From a virus (Duplodnaviria; Caudoviricetes): DNA of 64,000 nt. Made by a program: the position numbers and the translations under genes. Below the pieces are notes generated by a model. It ran no database searches. It saw only the letters and a program-made list of their open reading frames with translations, and was not told where the DNA came from. Within the stretch, counting starts at the first letter, position 1. Each line of letters opens with the position of its first letter. The stretch lies in IMG/VR virus record IMGVR_UViG_3300009648_000003, positions 39,943-103,942 of that record, one strand, 5' to 3'. This document shows, piece after piece, positions 36,970 through 48,900 of this stretch.

Positions 36970-38079
36970 TTATAGATCTACGTTTGAATTTATTTTTAAA
37001 CTAAAGTATACTTCATTTATACCCGTATCTACATCTGAAGCTCTTTTTAATTCTAACCAAAAATATTTTTCACTAAATGGTTCAATTGTATTAAGATTGA
37101 TCTTCTGACTATACCCTCCATCTTTTTCTAAAGAAATTCCAACGTATTCTTCATAATTTGTAAAATCTTTATAAGGAGCAGTGCCAACAGTAACATTATA
37201 AAATTGGTAATGATGGGGATTTTTTACTTTCATCAATATCTTTCTTTTATACATATCATCTTCATTAAATGAATTTATATGACCTAAAAACTCTTCTTCA
37301 TTAGCCTCCACCAGTTTAAATTCTTCACCTTCCTGACAATATAGATCAAGACTTATTTGAAACTTAAACTCGTCCCCACCCCATAAATTTCTCAAATATT
37401 CAGTTTCTACATAATGCCCTTCTTCAGATTGCCACCTAAATTTCCCATCAAAAGGTACACCATAACTAGAAACAGGAAAAGCTATTTTTGGATAATGGAC
37501 AGGGCATATCATTGATTTTAATACACCATCTCTTCCAACTAATTGTAATGTACTTCTTGGTGGGGGATTATAGACAGTAATATAAGGGGTTCTAAATATT
37601 CTTATATACTCAATAAACATATCCTCATCATTACCATCTAAAAATATTCCAACTTTAGGGGATAATTCACCAAAATTATGTGTTCCTACTAATTCCCAAT
37701 GCTTGCCATCATTTGACCAGTACCCAGAATAAACATTATAATCTCTTACTAATCGTAACCATGGGTAAGTATTTGTTATACCCTTTTCTACATCAAAGTA
37801 CTCCTCTAAAGCTATAAAATTTTCTTCATCAGCATACACTATAATCCCACCAATCTCCCCCTCTTTTGTAGGATTATAAGTATTTTTTACATCAAATACA
37901 AACTGTTTCTCATTGGTTAATCTATTAAAATACATGTAAACAGGACATCCACCACTAAATATATGAAGTCCATCATTTAATTGAATTCGACTTAAATCAC
38001 TTATTTCCCATTCTGTGCTTAAAGTATCAAAACTAGATTCATAAATAAAACCAGATTTAATTTTTGTAACCACACTCAT
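36970..38079 (-). CDS. Putative virion protein with ConA/LamG-like beta-sandwich
   Basis: GGIIVY...WLRLVR..N.YSGYWS.DG..W..VG pattern. Confidence 0.6.
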   Translation of the reverse strand: MSVVTKIKSGFIYESSFDTLSTEWEISDLSRIQLNDGLHIFSGGCPVYMYFNRLTNEKQFVFDVKNTYNPTKEGEIGGIIVYADEENFIALEEYFDVEKGITNTYPWLRLVRDYNVYSGYWSNDGKHWELVGTHNFGELSPKVGIFLDGNDEDMFIEYIRIFRTPYITVYNPPPRSTLQLVGRDGVLKSMICPVHYPKIAFPVSSYGVPFDGKFRWQSEEGHYVETEYLRNLWGGDEFKFQISLDLYCQEGEEFKLVEANEEEFLGHINSFNEDDMYKRKILMKVKNPHHYQFYNVTVGTAPYKDFTNYEEYVGISLEKDGGYSQKINLNTIEPFSEKYFWLELKRASDVDTGINEVYFSLKINSNVDL

Positions 38080-38083
38080 ATTA

Positions 38084-38944
38084 TCAGTCCTCTTTTAACG
38101 AGAGATACATATCCCTCACTCTTTGACCTCTTATTATATGACTTACAGTATTTAATTCTACATACCCAGCATATTTTTTATTTTTGTATAATTCTTTTAT
38201 AAAAGTAAGCCCATTATCATCTTTGTTGTTACCCTTTTTATCTATTTGGTACGAAGAAGAATCACCTAAAATAACAAGTTTTGCTCCATCTCCCACCCTA
38301 CTTAAAAATGAAATCATTTCTTTTTTGTTGGTATTTTGTGCTTCATCTAAAATAACCCACCCATTATCGAGGTCACGTCCCCTTAAATATTCAAAAACAA
38401 CTACTTCTAACAAATCATAAGCAATTAATTTATGTGATAACCCTGGTTGACCAAACCTATCAAAATACTGGTAGTAAGACATAAATTCAAACATTACTTT
38501 ATCTGTTAATTCACCTGGTAGATAACCATATCCCTTCCCTAAACTTTCATGGGGCTTAGAAATATAAACTTTTTCTATACCTATATCCCCCCTCAGCATT
38601 TTACCTAAGATAGGTGTTAGATGTGCACAGAGAGTTGAAGTTTTTCCTGTTCCAAAAATGCCATCAACAATTATTGTAGTAATATCTTTGCTTAATAAAA
38701 AATCATTATATAATGCAATATCTCTATTTGGACTATTGGGGAATATGGGGTTATGGTCATTTATTTTTCGTATAGCACCTGTATTAGAATCATAGATAGC
38801 ATTTATCATGCCACCTTTCTCCCCATACACTTCCACCCCACAATTACATGAAAATTTTCCACTCTCTACTGATATAGGAATACCTTGGTTCTTTAAATTC
38901 CTAAATTCTTCGTCTCCAACTGTACAATATTTCCAATTACTCAT
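38084..38944 (-). CDS. phoH: PhoH family ATPase
   Basis: G..GTGKT, GYLPG, YLRGR, ILDEAQN, SRVG...K.VILGD..QID. Confidence 0.9.
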   Translation of the reverse strand: MSNWKYCTVGDEEFRNLKNQGIPISVESGKFSCNCGVEVYGEKGGMINAIYDSNTGAIRKINDHNPIFPNSPNRDIALYNDFLLSKDITTIIVDGIFGTGKTSTLCAHLTPILGKMLRGDIGIEKVYISKPHESLGKGYGYLPGELTDKVMFEFMSYYQYFDRFGQPGLSHKLIAYDLLEVVVFEYLRGRDLDNGWVILDEAQNTNKKEMISFLSRVGDGAKLVILGDSSSYQIDKKGNNKDDNGLTFIKELYKNKKYAGYVELNTVSHIIRGQRVRDMYLSLKED

Positions 38945-38954
38945 GTCATTCCTC

Positions 38955-41900
38955 CTAAGTGAATAGCCATATTTTCTTACCTACTACACAACCTTCTATT
39001 AAAGGTTCATATAAGAAGATAACCTCTTTACATTTTCCATCATCTTCTGTTATTAGTATAGTCTTTACTTTATCATCAACTAACTCATATCCTTCAAATT
39101 CTTTAGCATTAAAACTATATTCACCAGGTAATAATTCATAGTAATAATCTGTGTCTAATACTACATTGTTAACTTTGTCAATAAATTTAACTATAACACA
39201 TCCCTTCTTGATTTTTCTGTATTCAAAAATAACTTTTTTACACTCTGTAACAGGATCTGTTACTTCTGTTATAATTACTTCTTTCTCTGTTTCACCCACC
39301 ACTTCATACCCCGCAAAATTTCTTGCAGTATATTTATACTTATCAGGAACTAAATTATAGTGATGGTCTATTGCCAATACATTATTTGGATTGTCCTTCT
39401 CTCTGTGAATAACCCATACACAATCAAAATAGGGGTCTTTCTCTTTAATTGGATTGTATTTAAAAACTATCTTCTTACACTCTTCTGGTGGGGCATGAAG
39501 GTACTCCAAAATAATAGTTTTTTCTGTACCACCGACCACCGTGTAATCAGGAAAAATCTTTGGACCAAATGTATATTCTCCAGGGATTAAATTAGGGTAA
39601 GTTTCTTTTAGAATAACATTACCTGTGGTAATATCCTCATGAATAACCCATACACAATCTCTATATAATCTTCTGTAATAAAATTCTACCTCAGAACATT
39701 TTTCCACTTCTTCTACAAATACCTTCTTGCTACTTTCGCCCACCACCTCAAAATCAAGAAGGTCTAAAGCATTGAAAACATACTCTCCTCTTGTGTATCC
39801 CCTATATTTTTCTTGTTTTATTACTTCTCCAGTTTCGTAGTCAATATGCTTAACAATCACACAGCCTCGTTTTTTAGGGAGTAGCCCCAACACACATCCT
39901 ATTAATGCTTCAATACATTTATCTCCTCTCCCAGCTTCACAATAAGGTACAACAGGAATATCATCACATATCCAATTAGTTAACCTAACCCATGGTATTT
40001 CTGCGTAATCCCAATTATAGTCCCAGTTATTAGTTGAAAACACAAACTTATATTTATTTTTCCCTTTTCTCACAGGGAAATAATGAACTCCTGCCCCTTC
40101 CTGATCTATTGAAAATTTTTTATCATCATTTATATAAAAATCCAACATACTGTCAAAATTAGAGGCTCCTAACTCATATTGAACAAACATTCCGAAACTA
40201 TCTAATATAAACATACATCTAACATCATAACCTCTTGGGTCTACATATCCCTCTTGGTATGTTTTTATTTCAATATCAAATTCATTTAACCCATAATCGT
40301 ACAGATTCCCTACATTAAAATCAGTCCAACCATTTTCATCTATTCTTATAGTTTTTAGTACCTTATTGCCATCTTTTACTAATACTTCTGCATAACAACC
40401 AGGACATCCCCCTATAATTTCATGGTTAGATACTAACTCTTTTATGGCAATTTTCACATATGTGGGTAACCTCTCTATACCATCTCCAATTAGGTCACCA
40501 TCCCCCCAAAATTCCCAGCCAACATTGGAAAAGTTTATAAACCCCCCACCGCCGCAATCATCATTATCAACCATTTTAAATTCAGTTGTGATTTGTATTG
40601 GTTCATTAAAGGGATTTTCTATTCTTAACTCAATATTATCATCCTTAAAAAATCCTTCTGCACGAGCATTAACTTCATGAAATATATATTCTTTCCTAAC
40701 TAATTCCATAGGATCCCAGTCTTTGAAAGTTCCATCATAATTGTATGGAGTTAATTCTAACTTAACATCAATGCCTTCGGGGTAACATGAAACACTTTTT
40801 AACATTTCTTCATATACATCATTTGGGATAGGTTGCTCATCATAACCTTCAATGGTGATTAAATCAGCCCAGAAAAATGGGTTTTGCTTTTCACCTACTT
40901 CCCCATCCTGCTCTTTTTCTGATGGGTCTAACCAACCAGGCTTAGGTACCCCGATAACCCTTCCCACACTTTCATCTGTGGTTATTATTAACGGAGGTAT
41001 CTTTTCTATCACATTGTACTTGATTACACCGTCTCGTAATCTTGCTGCTGTACCATCCCCTAATATACCTCCAGTATTAATATTTCCTTTTTTAACCTCA
41101 TATCTTATAACTCTTTCTTCACCTTTTGGGATAGTGACACTAAAACATTTTATAATAACATCCTGAGCACCCTTTAAAACAATAGAATTTTTACCTTCAT
41201 AAGGTATCCTTTTACCACTTTTTGGATCTATTATAAAAAAAGTTAATGATGCATCCTTATCATATTCACCTTTTGAAGAAGAAGTTGTATACTCAGTCAC
41301 AGTAGGTTGGGCTCTTACATATATTGTTTGGACATCTTGATAAGTATCAATTAAAGTTAACTTAAACCCATAACTCCCTTTTCCCTTATACTCTTTTGTA
41401 ACATATTTATCTGTACTTCTATCCCAATAATTTCCTACATTATAGTCTACATTAAACAAAGTCTCTATAGTTGTGTAACCACTATCTAAATATTTTATTA
41501 ACTCCAGTTTTGCTCTTCCTCTGCTTATTGTATCTTTGCCTATTTTATGCCTTAAAAAAGTATTGTATCTTACAGTAACCTTAAAAACACCAGAAGTTAT
41601 ATTAAATCTACCAAAAAATTTAGTTTTTGTTCCACTTTTTGGCTCAGATGGTTGTGGTGGCGTTGGATTAGCAGGTAAATGGGGTGCATTACTCCAGTTT
41701 TTGGGGGGTTTTAACCAATCATAGCCTTTATATTTATTAACAAATTGTTGAAAAGTAATAGTCTTGTGAGGAAATGCTGCTTTTAAATCACTAAAAAAAG
41801 CATTTGTGAGCCAATTGCCCCCATTCTTTCTATATATTTTATACGCTTTTTTATAATTATCACTTTTCTTATCAAAAAAATTCGTTACTATAATTTCTTC

Positions 41901-42923
41901 AAAACCATTACCTGTGTTCCTATACCAATAAGCGTCACCTACTATTCGGTCACTAATTCTGAATATAGTTTCATCCTTTAGCCTAACCCATCTACTCTTG
42001 CCCTTCTTAGCACCTGAAAAATTAGAGCCCCCTGCATTTATTAACCATTCACCATAATCTCCACTTGGTTGAGATGGAGGTGGTGATGGAGTAGGTGTAG
42101 CTGATTGACCTTTCGAGGATAAAACTCCCTCTGGTAATGTTTTAGCACTACCTTTCTTAACAACTTCTGTTCTAACTCCCGGTACAAAATCCACACACTC
42201 CCAATACTTAACATCAGAAGTTTTTGGAGCTCTTATTCGTCTCTCTACCGCTGACCCACCTTTAACAATAGTACTACCTTCTGTTGGGTCATACTGACCA
42301 TTTGTATAATCAAAAAATACCTCTGAACCACCAAACTGACTAGTTACTTGACCAAATTCATATTCAATGTTGTGAGCAACTTCTTTAGTAACCGTCTGCT
42401 CTTCAGTGACTATAAACCCCTTACCTTGTGGGTATTCAGCTAAATCTAAGTAACCATTGCCATTATTATCTTTTTTTACAACATATTTGTGTCCACCAAA
42501 ATATACTGTTTGTCCTTCAAAATACCTTTCACCATTTACAATTACTGCATTAGGTTCAGAAATATATCTATATTTTTCACTTTCATATTTTATCTTCTTA
42601 GCCAAAGAAACCGTATATGATTGAAATATATACAACATTTCACTATGGGTTAATATTGAAGTTTTTTCAGGAAATGTTTGAGAAAGTAACTCCATAAAAT
42701 ATTTATTAACCTTTTTTGTTCCTGTTTTTGCATGTACCAGATTTATTTGGTCAACTATATAAAAATCATCCATATCTACTTTACTAAAACTAACTGTCTG
42801 CCAATTATCATCATTTATTTTTCTAAAATATATTCTCCTACCATCATGATAATCAAGCACCCCTTCGGTTATATCTTTAAAATCAATAATTAACCCATCA
42901 TAATTAGTATACCAATCCCCCAT
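38955..42923 (-). CDS. Large putative virion/adhesin protein with Pro-rich linkers and four C-terminal MucBP-like repeats
   Basis: 4x CV.V.(H/F).D...G.V.........G.Y...A..F..Y.VVG........C..V.F.Y. Confidence 0.7.
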   Translation of the reverse strand: MGDWYTNYDGLIIDFKDITEGVLDYHDGRRIYFRKINDDNWQTVSFSKVDMDDFYIVDQINLVHAKTGTKKVNKYFMELLSQTFPEKTSILTHSEMLYIFQSYTVSLAKKIKYESEKYRYISEPNAVIVNGERYFEGQTVYFGGHKYVVKKDNNGNGYLDLAEYPQGKGFIVTEEQTVTKEVAHNIEYEFGQVTSQFGGSEVFFDYTNGQYDPTEGSTIVKGGSAVERRIRAPKTSDVKYWECVDFVPGVRTEVVKKGSAKTLPEGVLSSKGQSATPTPSPPPSQPSGDYGEWLINAGGSNFSGAKKGKSRWVRLKDETIFRISDRIVGDAYWYRNTGNGFEEIIVTNFFDKKSDNYKKAYKIYRKNGGNWLTNAFFSDLKAAFPHKTITFQQFVNKYKGYDWLKPPKNWSNAPHLPANPTPPQPSEPKSGTKTKFFGRFNITSGVFKVTVRYNTFLRHKIGKDTISRGRAKLELIKYLDSGYTTIETLFNVDYNVGNYWDRSTDKYVTKEYKGKGSYGFKLTLIDTYQDVQTIYVRAQPTVTEYTTSSSKGEYDKDASLTFFIIDPKSGKRIPYEGKNSIVLKGAQDVIIKCFSVTIPKGEERVIRYEVKKGNINTGGILGDGTAARLRDGVIKYNVIEKIPPLIITTDESVGRVIGVPKPGWLDPSEKEQDGEVGEKQNPFFWADLITIEGYDEQPIPNDVYEEMLKSVSCYPEGIDVKLELTPYNYDGTFKDWDPMELVRKEYIFHEVNARAEGFFKDDNIELRIENPFNEPIQITTEFKMVDNDDCGGGGFINFSNVGWEFWGDGDLIGDGIERLPTYVKIAIKELVSNHEIIGGCPGCYAEVLVKDGNKVLKTIRIDENGWTDFNVGNLYDYGLNEFDIEIKTYQEGYVDPRGYDVRCMFILDSFGMFVQYELGASNFDSMLDFYINDDKKFSIDQEGAGVHYFPVRKGKNKYKFVFSTNNWDYNWDYAEIPWVRLTNWICDDIPVVPYCEAGRGDKCIEALIGCVLGLLPKKRGCVIVKHIDYETGEVIKQEKYRGYTRGEYVFNALDLLDFEVVGESSKKVFVEEVEKCSEVEFYYRRLYRDCVWVIHEDITTGNVILKETYPNLIPGEYTFGPKIFPDYTVVGGTEKTIILEYLHAPPEECKKIVFKYNPIKEKDPYFDCVWVIHREKDNPNNVLAIDHHYNLVPDKYKYTARNFAGYEVVGETEKEVIITEVTDPVTECKKVIFEYRKIKKGCVIVKFIDKVNNVVLDTDYYYELLPGEYSFNAKEFEGYELVDDKVKTILITEDDGKCKEVIFLYEPLIEGCVVGKKIWLFT

Positions 42924-45900
42924 TAACTATCACCCCCCAAAGTATTATAAGTGTAATAAAATACCAATTTAACAGTATTCTGTGGAATTTCTACTCCCTG
43001 TACCAATATACCATGTGGCTTTAATGTACTTTGTGTTAATGCCCTTAGCATGACTTCCTCCCCATCTTCTGTTTCTGCTAACACTAAAGCATAATCATCT
43101 CCTCTAAACAAAGCCCCGTACTCAAACTTTAAATAATTATTCCCATCAGATAATTCAACATCACTTAAATCAAGCTCAAACTGCACCTCCCGTATTGTTC
43201 CATCCTCAGCTTCATGTGCAATTACATTATCTCCACTGTCTCTTATTTCAAAAAACCTAAATACATCCACTATCTTCCAATCGTTCTCATCATACGTAAA
43301 TTTGTCTTGATTATCAAATGGATTGAAAGTTTCTTGGAATAATAATGTTGGTTCAGGAACTTCCAGATTCTCTTTGTACTCATCCATCATACTCTCTAAC
43401 GCTGCATAGTCAACAAAAGGTATTTTTGCATTTGGTACACGTATTATCATTTCATCACCAGGCAACAAATCCGCCCACATTGAAAAACCATCTGTTGTAT
43501 ACCAAGACGTAGGAGTTTCTAAACTACCTCGTCTAAAATATGAAATTACACGTCGCCCTCTTTCATCAACTTCTTCATAATCACCATCAATAGGATCTGT
43601 TGCTTCAGCATTAATGTACATGGCTTCTTTTTCCATTGGTTTGGACTCTCCTTCAAACTGGATAATACCTGAAAAAACCAAATCCTTTTTGTCTTCTTTA
43701 GGAGCTTCTTCTACTTCAAACCTTAACTCACTACCATAATTAGGAATATTGATTTTTATATTATTAAATCCTGGATGCAATGTTCTGTACAAATGCCCAT
43801 TAGAATAAATATTTAATACTTCTCGATTTCTCAATTTTTCATCAATCTCAATATTTACAATGGAAGTATCCCTATGTGGTTCAAAAATAGCGTAACCATA
43901 ATTTATTCTATCTCCATCCTCCTCCAATATAGCAGTATTTCCATCACTAGTCCATGCTCCAAATGTGTACCAATTACCATTATAAGGATTTTCTGTGAAA
44001 TCAGTCTCAACCACGTACTTAGGAGGGCATATAATACCTATTCCACCATATGCATCCAAATACTTATTGCCCTTATCCCAATCACCATCTATTTTTATAT
44101 GATAACTGATACTATCACCATCTTTAGTCCATAAACTATTTTGTGCTATATCAGAATAACCATCAGGAACTGTATTTTTCCATCCACCATATTTTGGTGT
44201 TATTATTATGGAAGGAATACCCGCACCGTTTTCCTCACCATCCCAAATTACAGGCTCTGTATCTAAATCGTGTTGTTCAAAAAATACAATGCCATCTACT
44301 GTTTCCCTGTCAGGATCCTTTGTACCTAATCTATGTTCAAAACTAAATACACCATCACATTCGCTATAAAATTCTAACTCCAGTTCTCTAACCATATCCT
44401 CTACCCCATCAGGAAAACCTCTATAATACGTAGCCAAAACACCATCATGGGAATATATTAACCACTTACCATATTCTGCTTCCATCTCTTCCCCACCCAA
44501 AGAATAATCTCCAGGCATTGGCTCATCATCATAATCAGTAACTTCAACAACCTCAATGTCTTTTATATAAACAGCATTAGTTCCTAAATCCTTACTTACT
44601 GATTTGTGGACTATAAAATCAAATTTATATGTTTGAGATTGACTCACATTGAATTTAGCTGTTTGCCATCCATTAGTGTCCCTCCAGGGTCCCCCCACTA
44701 ATTGATTATTAATATAGAATAAAAGTTCACTTCCATTCCCTCCATCTACCCAATACTTAAAAGTAATGTAACCTTTTCTCTTCAGTCTCCAATTAAATGT
44801 CATTTTTGAAGATAAAGTTTCTGGCAACCTTTCTAAGGGGAGTTTGAATATTATTTCATCATAGTCAGAATCTATACCTCTTTTTATTTGTTCCCACTCT
44901 ATATTCTCTTTTGAAGATACATATCTAATCATATCTAAATAATCTGACACCTTTGCCCCACCCACAGTAGAAAATGTAGGTCGTTCATAAGGTAATCCAT
45001 CAAAATAATTACCATAATCAGATGCAAAATGATGATAGTATGGCAAAGGACACTTAGGAATATTCTCTGGCTTTTCCTTTTCAGGATATAGTTCTGTAAA
45101 AATTATATCATCAATTCTTACCCCAGTATCACCAATACCTTCTATGAACACCCACTTAAATTCGTGTGTACCTGCTGGTACATTTAAAGTTATATCTCTA
45201 AATGTAAAACCAGAATCATTTGCCACCCCGGATGAATTGTGTTCCCAAATAATCTCATCATCCATCGTCAGATTGAATGTATAAACATCACCTAGTACTG
45301 CATAATTAAATGTTATTAAACCATCACTTGGATATGTTATTACTTTAGATATTGACCACTCCTCAAACGTATCTTCTGATCCAGAATCCTCTGTCTCATT
45401 TAGTTCACGCATACCAGTTAGATAACCATTATCATCTATTTCCCACCCACCATCATAAGCAAAAGATGAATCAAAACCATCCTTAAATTTGTGCTGATGT
45501 AAGATTTTTGGTCTTTCTCCTGGATCTAATATCTGCACTATACAATCTCTAATAAAAGATAAAGCACTCTGATAATCAACATCCCCTGGCTCCACATTTT
45601 GGTTAACCCACCAATTCAACCGCCTATACATATTCCACAGTGCTTCTCTACATCTAACTGTAGAATACCATCTTCTATCTCTTGTGTATTGTTCTATCAT
45701 TTGGTCTAATAAAGACTCCAATGCGTTTGTTTTTAATTTTTGCCATCTTGCTATTTCTCCCCAACCTGGATCCCCTAGTAGCGGGTTCTGAAAACCGTGA
45801 ACTCTGCCTTCAGCCCTAGGGTAGTTAGGGCTTTCATGGGTACTAGGATAATTAGGGCTATCTGGGTTAACAAAGTATCCCTTAAAGTATTTAAATTTTG

Positions 45901-45952
45901 AGGGTGAATTATTTTCTGTTAAAAGTCCTATTTTCTTATCCATAAAATACAC
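42923..45952 (-). CDS. Large acidic beta-rich putative virion protein
   Basis: 1009 aa with repeated jelly-roll-like segments (G.I.F.Y.V...H.F.W...V.IDDI). Confidence 0.65.
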   Translation of the reverse strand: MYFMDKKIGLLTENNSPSKFKYFKGYFVNPDSPNYPSTHESPNYPRAEGRVHGFQNPLLGDPGWGEIARWQKLKTNALESLLDQMIEQYTRDRRWYSTVRCREALWNMYRRLNWWVNQNVEPGDVDYQSALSFIRDCIVQILDPGERPKILHQHKFKDGFDSSFAYDGGWEIDDNGYLTGMRELNETEDSGSEDTFEEWSISKVITYPSDGLITFNYAVLGDVYTFNLTMDDEIIWEHNSSGVANDSGFTFRDITLNVPAGTHEFKWVFIEGIGDTGVRIDDIIFTELYPEKEKPENIPKCPLPYYHHFASDYGNYFDGLPYERPTFSTVGGAKVSDYLDMIRYVSSKENIEWEQIKRGIDSDYDEIIFKLPLERLPETLSSKMTFNWRLKRKGYITFKYWVDGGNGSELLFYINNQLVGGPWRDTNGWQTAKFNVSQSQTYKFDFIVHKSVSKDLGTNAVYIKDIEVVEVTDYDDEPMPGDYSLGGEEMEAEYGKWLIYSHDGVLATYYRGFPDGVEDMVRELELEFYSECDGVFSFEHRLGTKDPDRETVDGIVFFEQHDLDTEPVIWDGEENGAGIPSIIITPKYGGWKNTVPDGYSDIAQNSLWTKDGDSISYHIKIDGDWDKGNKYLDAYGGIGIICPPKYVVETDFTENPYNGNWYTFGAWTSDGNTAILEEDGDRINYGYAIFEPHRDTSIVNIEIDEKLRNREVLNIYSNGHLYRTLHPGFNNIKINIPNYGSELRFEVEEAPKEDKKDLVFSGIIQFEGESKPMEKEAMYINAEATDPIDGDYEEVDERGRRVISYFRRGSLETPTSWYTTDGFSMWADLLPGDEMIIRVPNAKIPFVDYAALESMMDEYKENLEVPEPTLLFQETFNPFDNQDKFTYDENDWKIVDVFRFFEIRDSGDNVIAHEAEDGTIREVQFELDLSDVELSDGNNYLKFEYGALFRGDDYALVLAETEDGEEVMLRALTQSTLKPHGILVQGVEIPQNTVKLVFYYTYNTLGGDS

Positions 45953-45953
45953 C

Positions 45954-48900
45954 TCAACCTTCTAATAAAATATCATATTGTAATCTACCATCTAAATAGA
46001 TAACTAATCTATCCCCCACACAAGATAAATCTATATAGTGTATACTTTCCCCCTCCATAAAAAATGGAGCTATAGGAGATGCTACTTTTCGTTCCCTTCC
46101 ATCAATTAGTTGCACTAATTCAATTGGGTTTGAACCAGGACTTATACTAACCTTATAATAATTTAAAATATCTTTATATCTAAAAACAAACCCCACCCTA
46201 CTTTGTGGTTCATAACCTAATGTTACACAGAATTTAAATTTAAAATCCTCATATGGATTACTTACAACTAATAACCCTTCACCGTCCTTGGAAATTATTT
46301 CAGCCTTGCCTTTATTTATAGTCCAATCCCCTTTTACACGTTCCCACTGACTTTCTTGCACTATACTATAAGTATTTCTTTCTTCCGCCCATGGATAATA
46401 TGCATTAAAAGGATCTTTTGGGTCATAATTCTCTGGTATAGCATATCCTACTTCCCAATGTTCTACCTGCATACCTTCCTTTAAAATACGGGAATAATCA
46501 TACATTAAACTTTGGCTGCTAATTTGATTTTCTATAAAAGCATCCTTAAATTTATCAGAATATATTTGTGTGTAATCAACAACACCATCTTTTTCATAAT
46601 CATGATCTTCTACAAAATATTTTAATAAGGGTTCTTTTTTGTAACGTAACCCATCCAGTAAATTTGTTCTATCCATATCTTTTTGTATGGGGACACTACC
46701 ATCCATTTTGCGTGCACCAATATCTAATTTATTAATTCTCTTTATGCCTGCTGAAGTTAAATCATTCTGCATTGTTATATTCTTTTGTATTGCTCTTTTA
46801 TATAAATCAGGGGTGTATTTTACCAAACCTCTTGTAGTACGTTTTACCCCTTCCACATACCCTTCCAAAAACATATCCTTTTTTAAATCTCTGTCAACTT
46901 CTTCTAACCATGATTTCAAAAGTTTTTTTCTAGGCTTAGTGACATCTAGAACAAATTCTAACCTGCCTTCTCTAGGAGCATCCAAATCTGTAAAAAATAA
47001 ACCTTCTATTACTCCTTTACCACTCATATCCCTACTACTAGTACTGATATAATTATCAATAAATGCGTGCTTCCCTAAATCAATACTTCCCAATCTGCTA
47101 GTAAAATCAACTATAGCCTCATGTTGTCTTTCTTCAAAAGAATATATGCCATATTTTAAAAAACCTATAGGAGAAAATATCCTGTCACCAGAGTGATAAA
47201 AATAATTTGTAAAAGAATCAATATCTTTATCAGAAAACCAATTATATGCTTGATCCGCATCCTTCTCCTTATCACTTGTTAACCCTACAAGTAATATATG
47301 TGAATACCTCTTATCACTTCTAACCCCTACATCCAAACCCATTAATTGGGTATTTCTGTCTTTTGTGTTTATACCAGATATATAATAAATATCTTCATAA
47401 CCTGATCGCTCATCCCCAATAGATATAATAAAATCGGAATCTTTCATGGATTCATTCTCATAATCAACCATTAAATGAGAGGTTATAATAGATAGACTGC
47501 CATCTTCCCTATTTAAATCACCAACATCAAATATTATTGATGGACCCATACCTTCATCTTCACTTGTAAAAATATACTTTCTAACAGCCCTATTTTCCTT
47601 ATATCTATCAGCCCAGCCTCCTACTACTGTATAACCGAATCTATTTTTTGGAATAATTGAATATTTAGAATAAAATAGTTCACCTCTACGATCAGTCTCA
47701 ACTATCCCATTTAATAAATATTCTATACCTGCTAATCTTTCAGCATCATATGTGCTAAATATAGGGGTTTCTATGCTTACTTCCACCCCAGTTTCTTTAT
47801 TCAAAAATGACACAAATTCTATGATGCCCTTATCACCACTTATTTTGTTAAAACTACCCAATTCAGATATATTGGTGTAAACTTCTTTTTGGTATGGTGC
47901 TATAGAAAATAAAAATCCATAACATACTAAATCTTTTTTACTGTGTAGTCCTTCTATAATTTCAGTATATATTCCACTAAGCGAGTACTCTTCAGTATAA
48001 TCCAATACAAAACTAGAGTATTTAATATAATCATATGTGTGAACTTTATGTCCCTTAAATTCATTTTTTCTTTCAGTAAATAAATCATCAAATATAATCT
48101 CACTATAAATATACGAATATCTTTGTGCAAATGTAAAATCAAAAACACTACTCTTTAAAACAATATCTCTTAACCCAGTTGAAATCGAACTCATATTAGA
48201 AAATAAATAATCCCTAGTGTACAAATCCCCATCAATAATTACGCCATTAAATTGGTTTAAAACTTTTGCATAAATACCTTCGTGTAACACCGTTTCATAC
48301 GTATTAACTCTATTTACTCCAAAAATATTGATAAAATTCCCAACTCTATTATCACCAAGATAACTATTAATTGAAGAATGAACCTCTATTTTCTCATCTT
48401 CCTTATATACTTGAATACCAGAAACGAACTCTACATAGGATGAATCTCGAGTGGTGTGTTTAATACTTAAAAAATCCGCTGATACCCAGTCTTTTCTGTC
48501 ACCTAAATATTTTTCTGATATGAGTGTTGATAAAATTATATTCTCCCTTAAAAAATTATCTATCCCTACCTTAACGGTACCCCCACCTATTTTTTGAGAA
48601 CCAATATACTTGAATAAATCCACAATTTTAAATTTCCCCTCGGTTAAACTTAGTTCTAGAACACTTCCTTTATCATGAGCTTGTTCTTTTACTGCACCAA
48701 TTAAACCTTTTGTTTGACTTGGGTAATAATCTTTTTTATATATACCTAACTTATTAATGTACCCTTCTTTACTATTTAAACCTTCAGAAAGCACTAATAT
48801 ATCGCCATCACTATACTTTTCTGACTGACCCATTTCACTAAAATAATTAAATATATCTACATTGAATTCATGAGGGTTGGTTGCCAATATATAATCCAAC

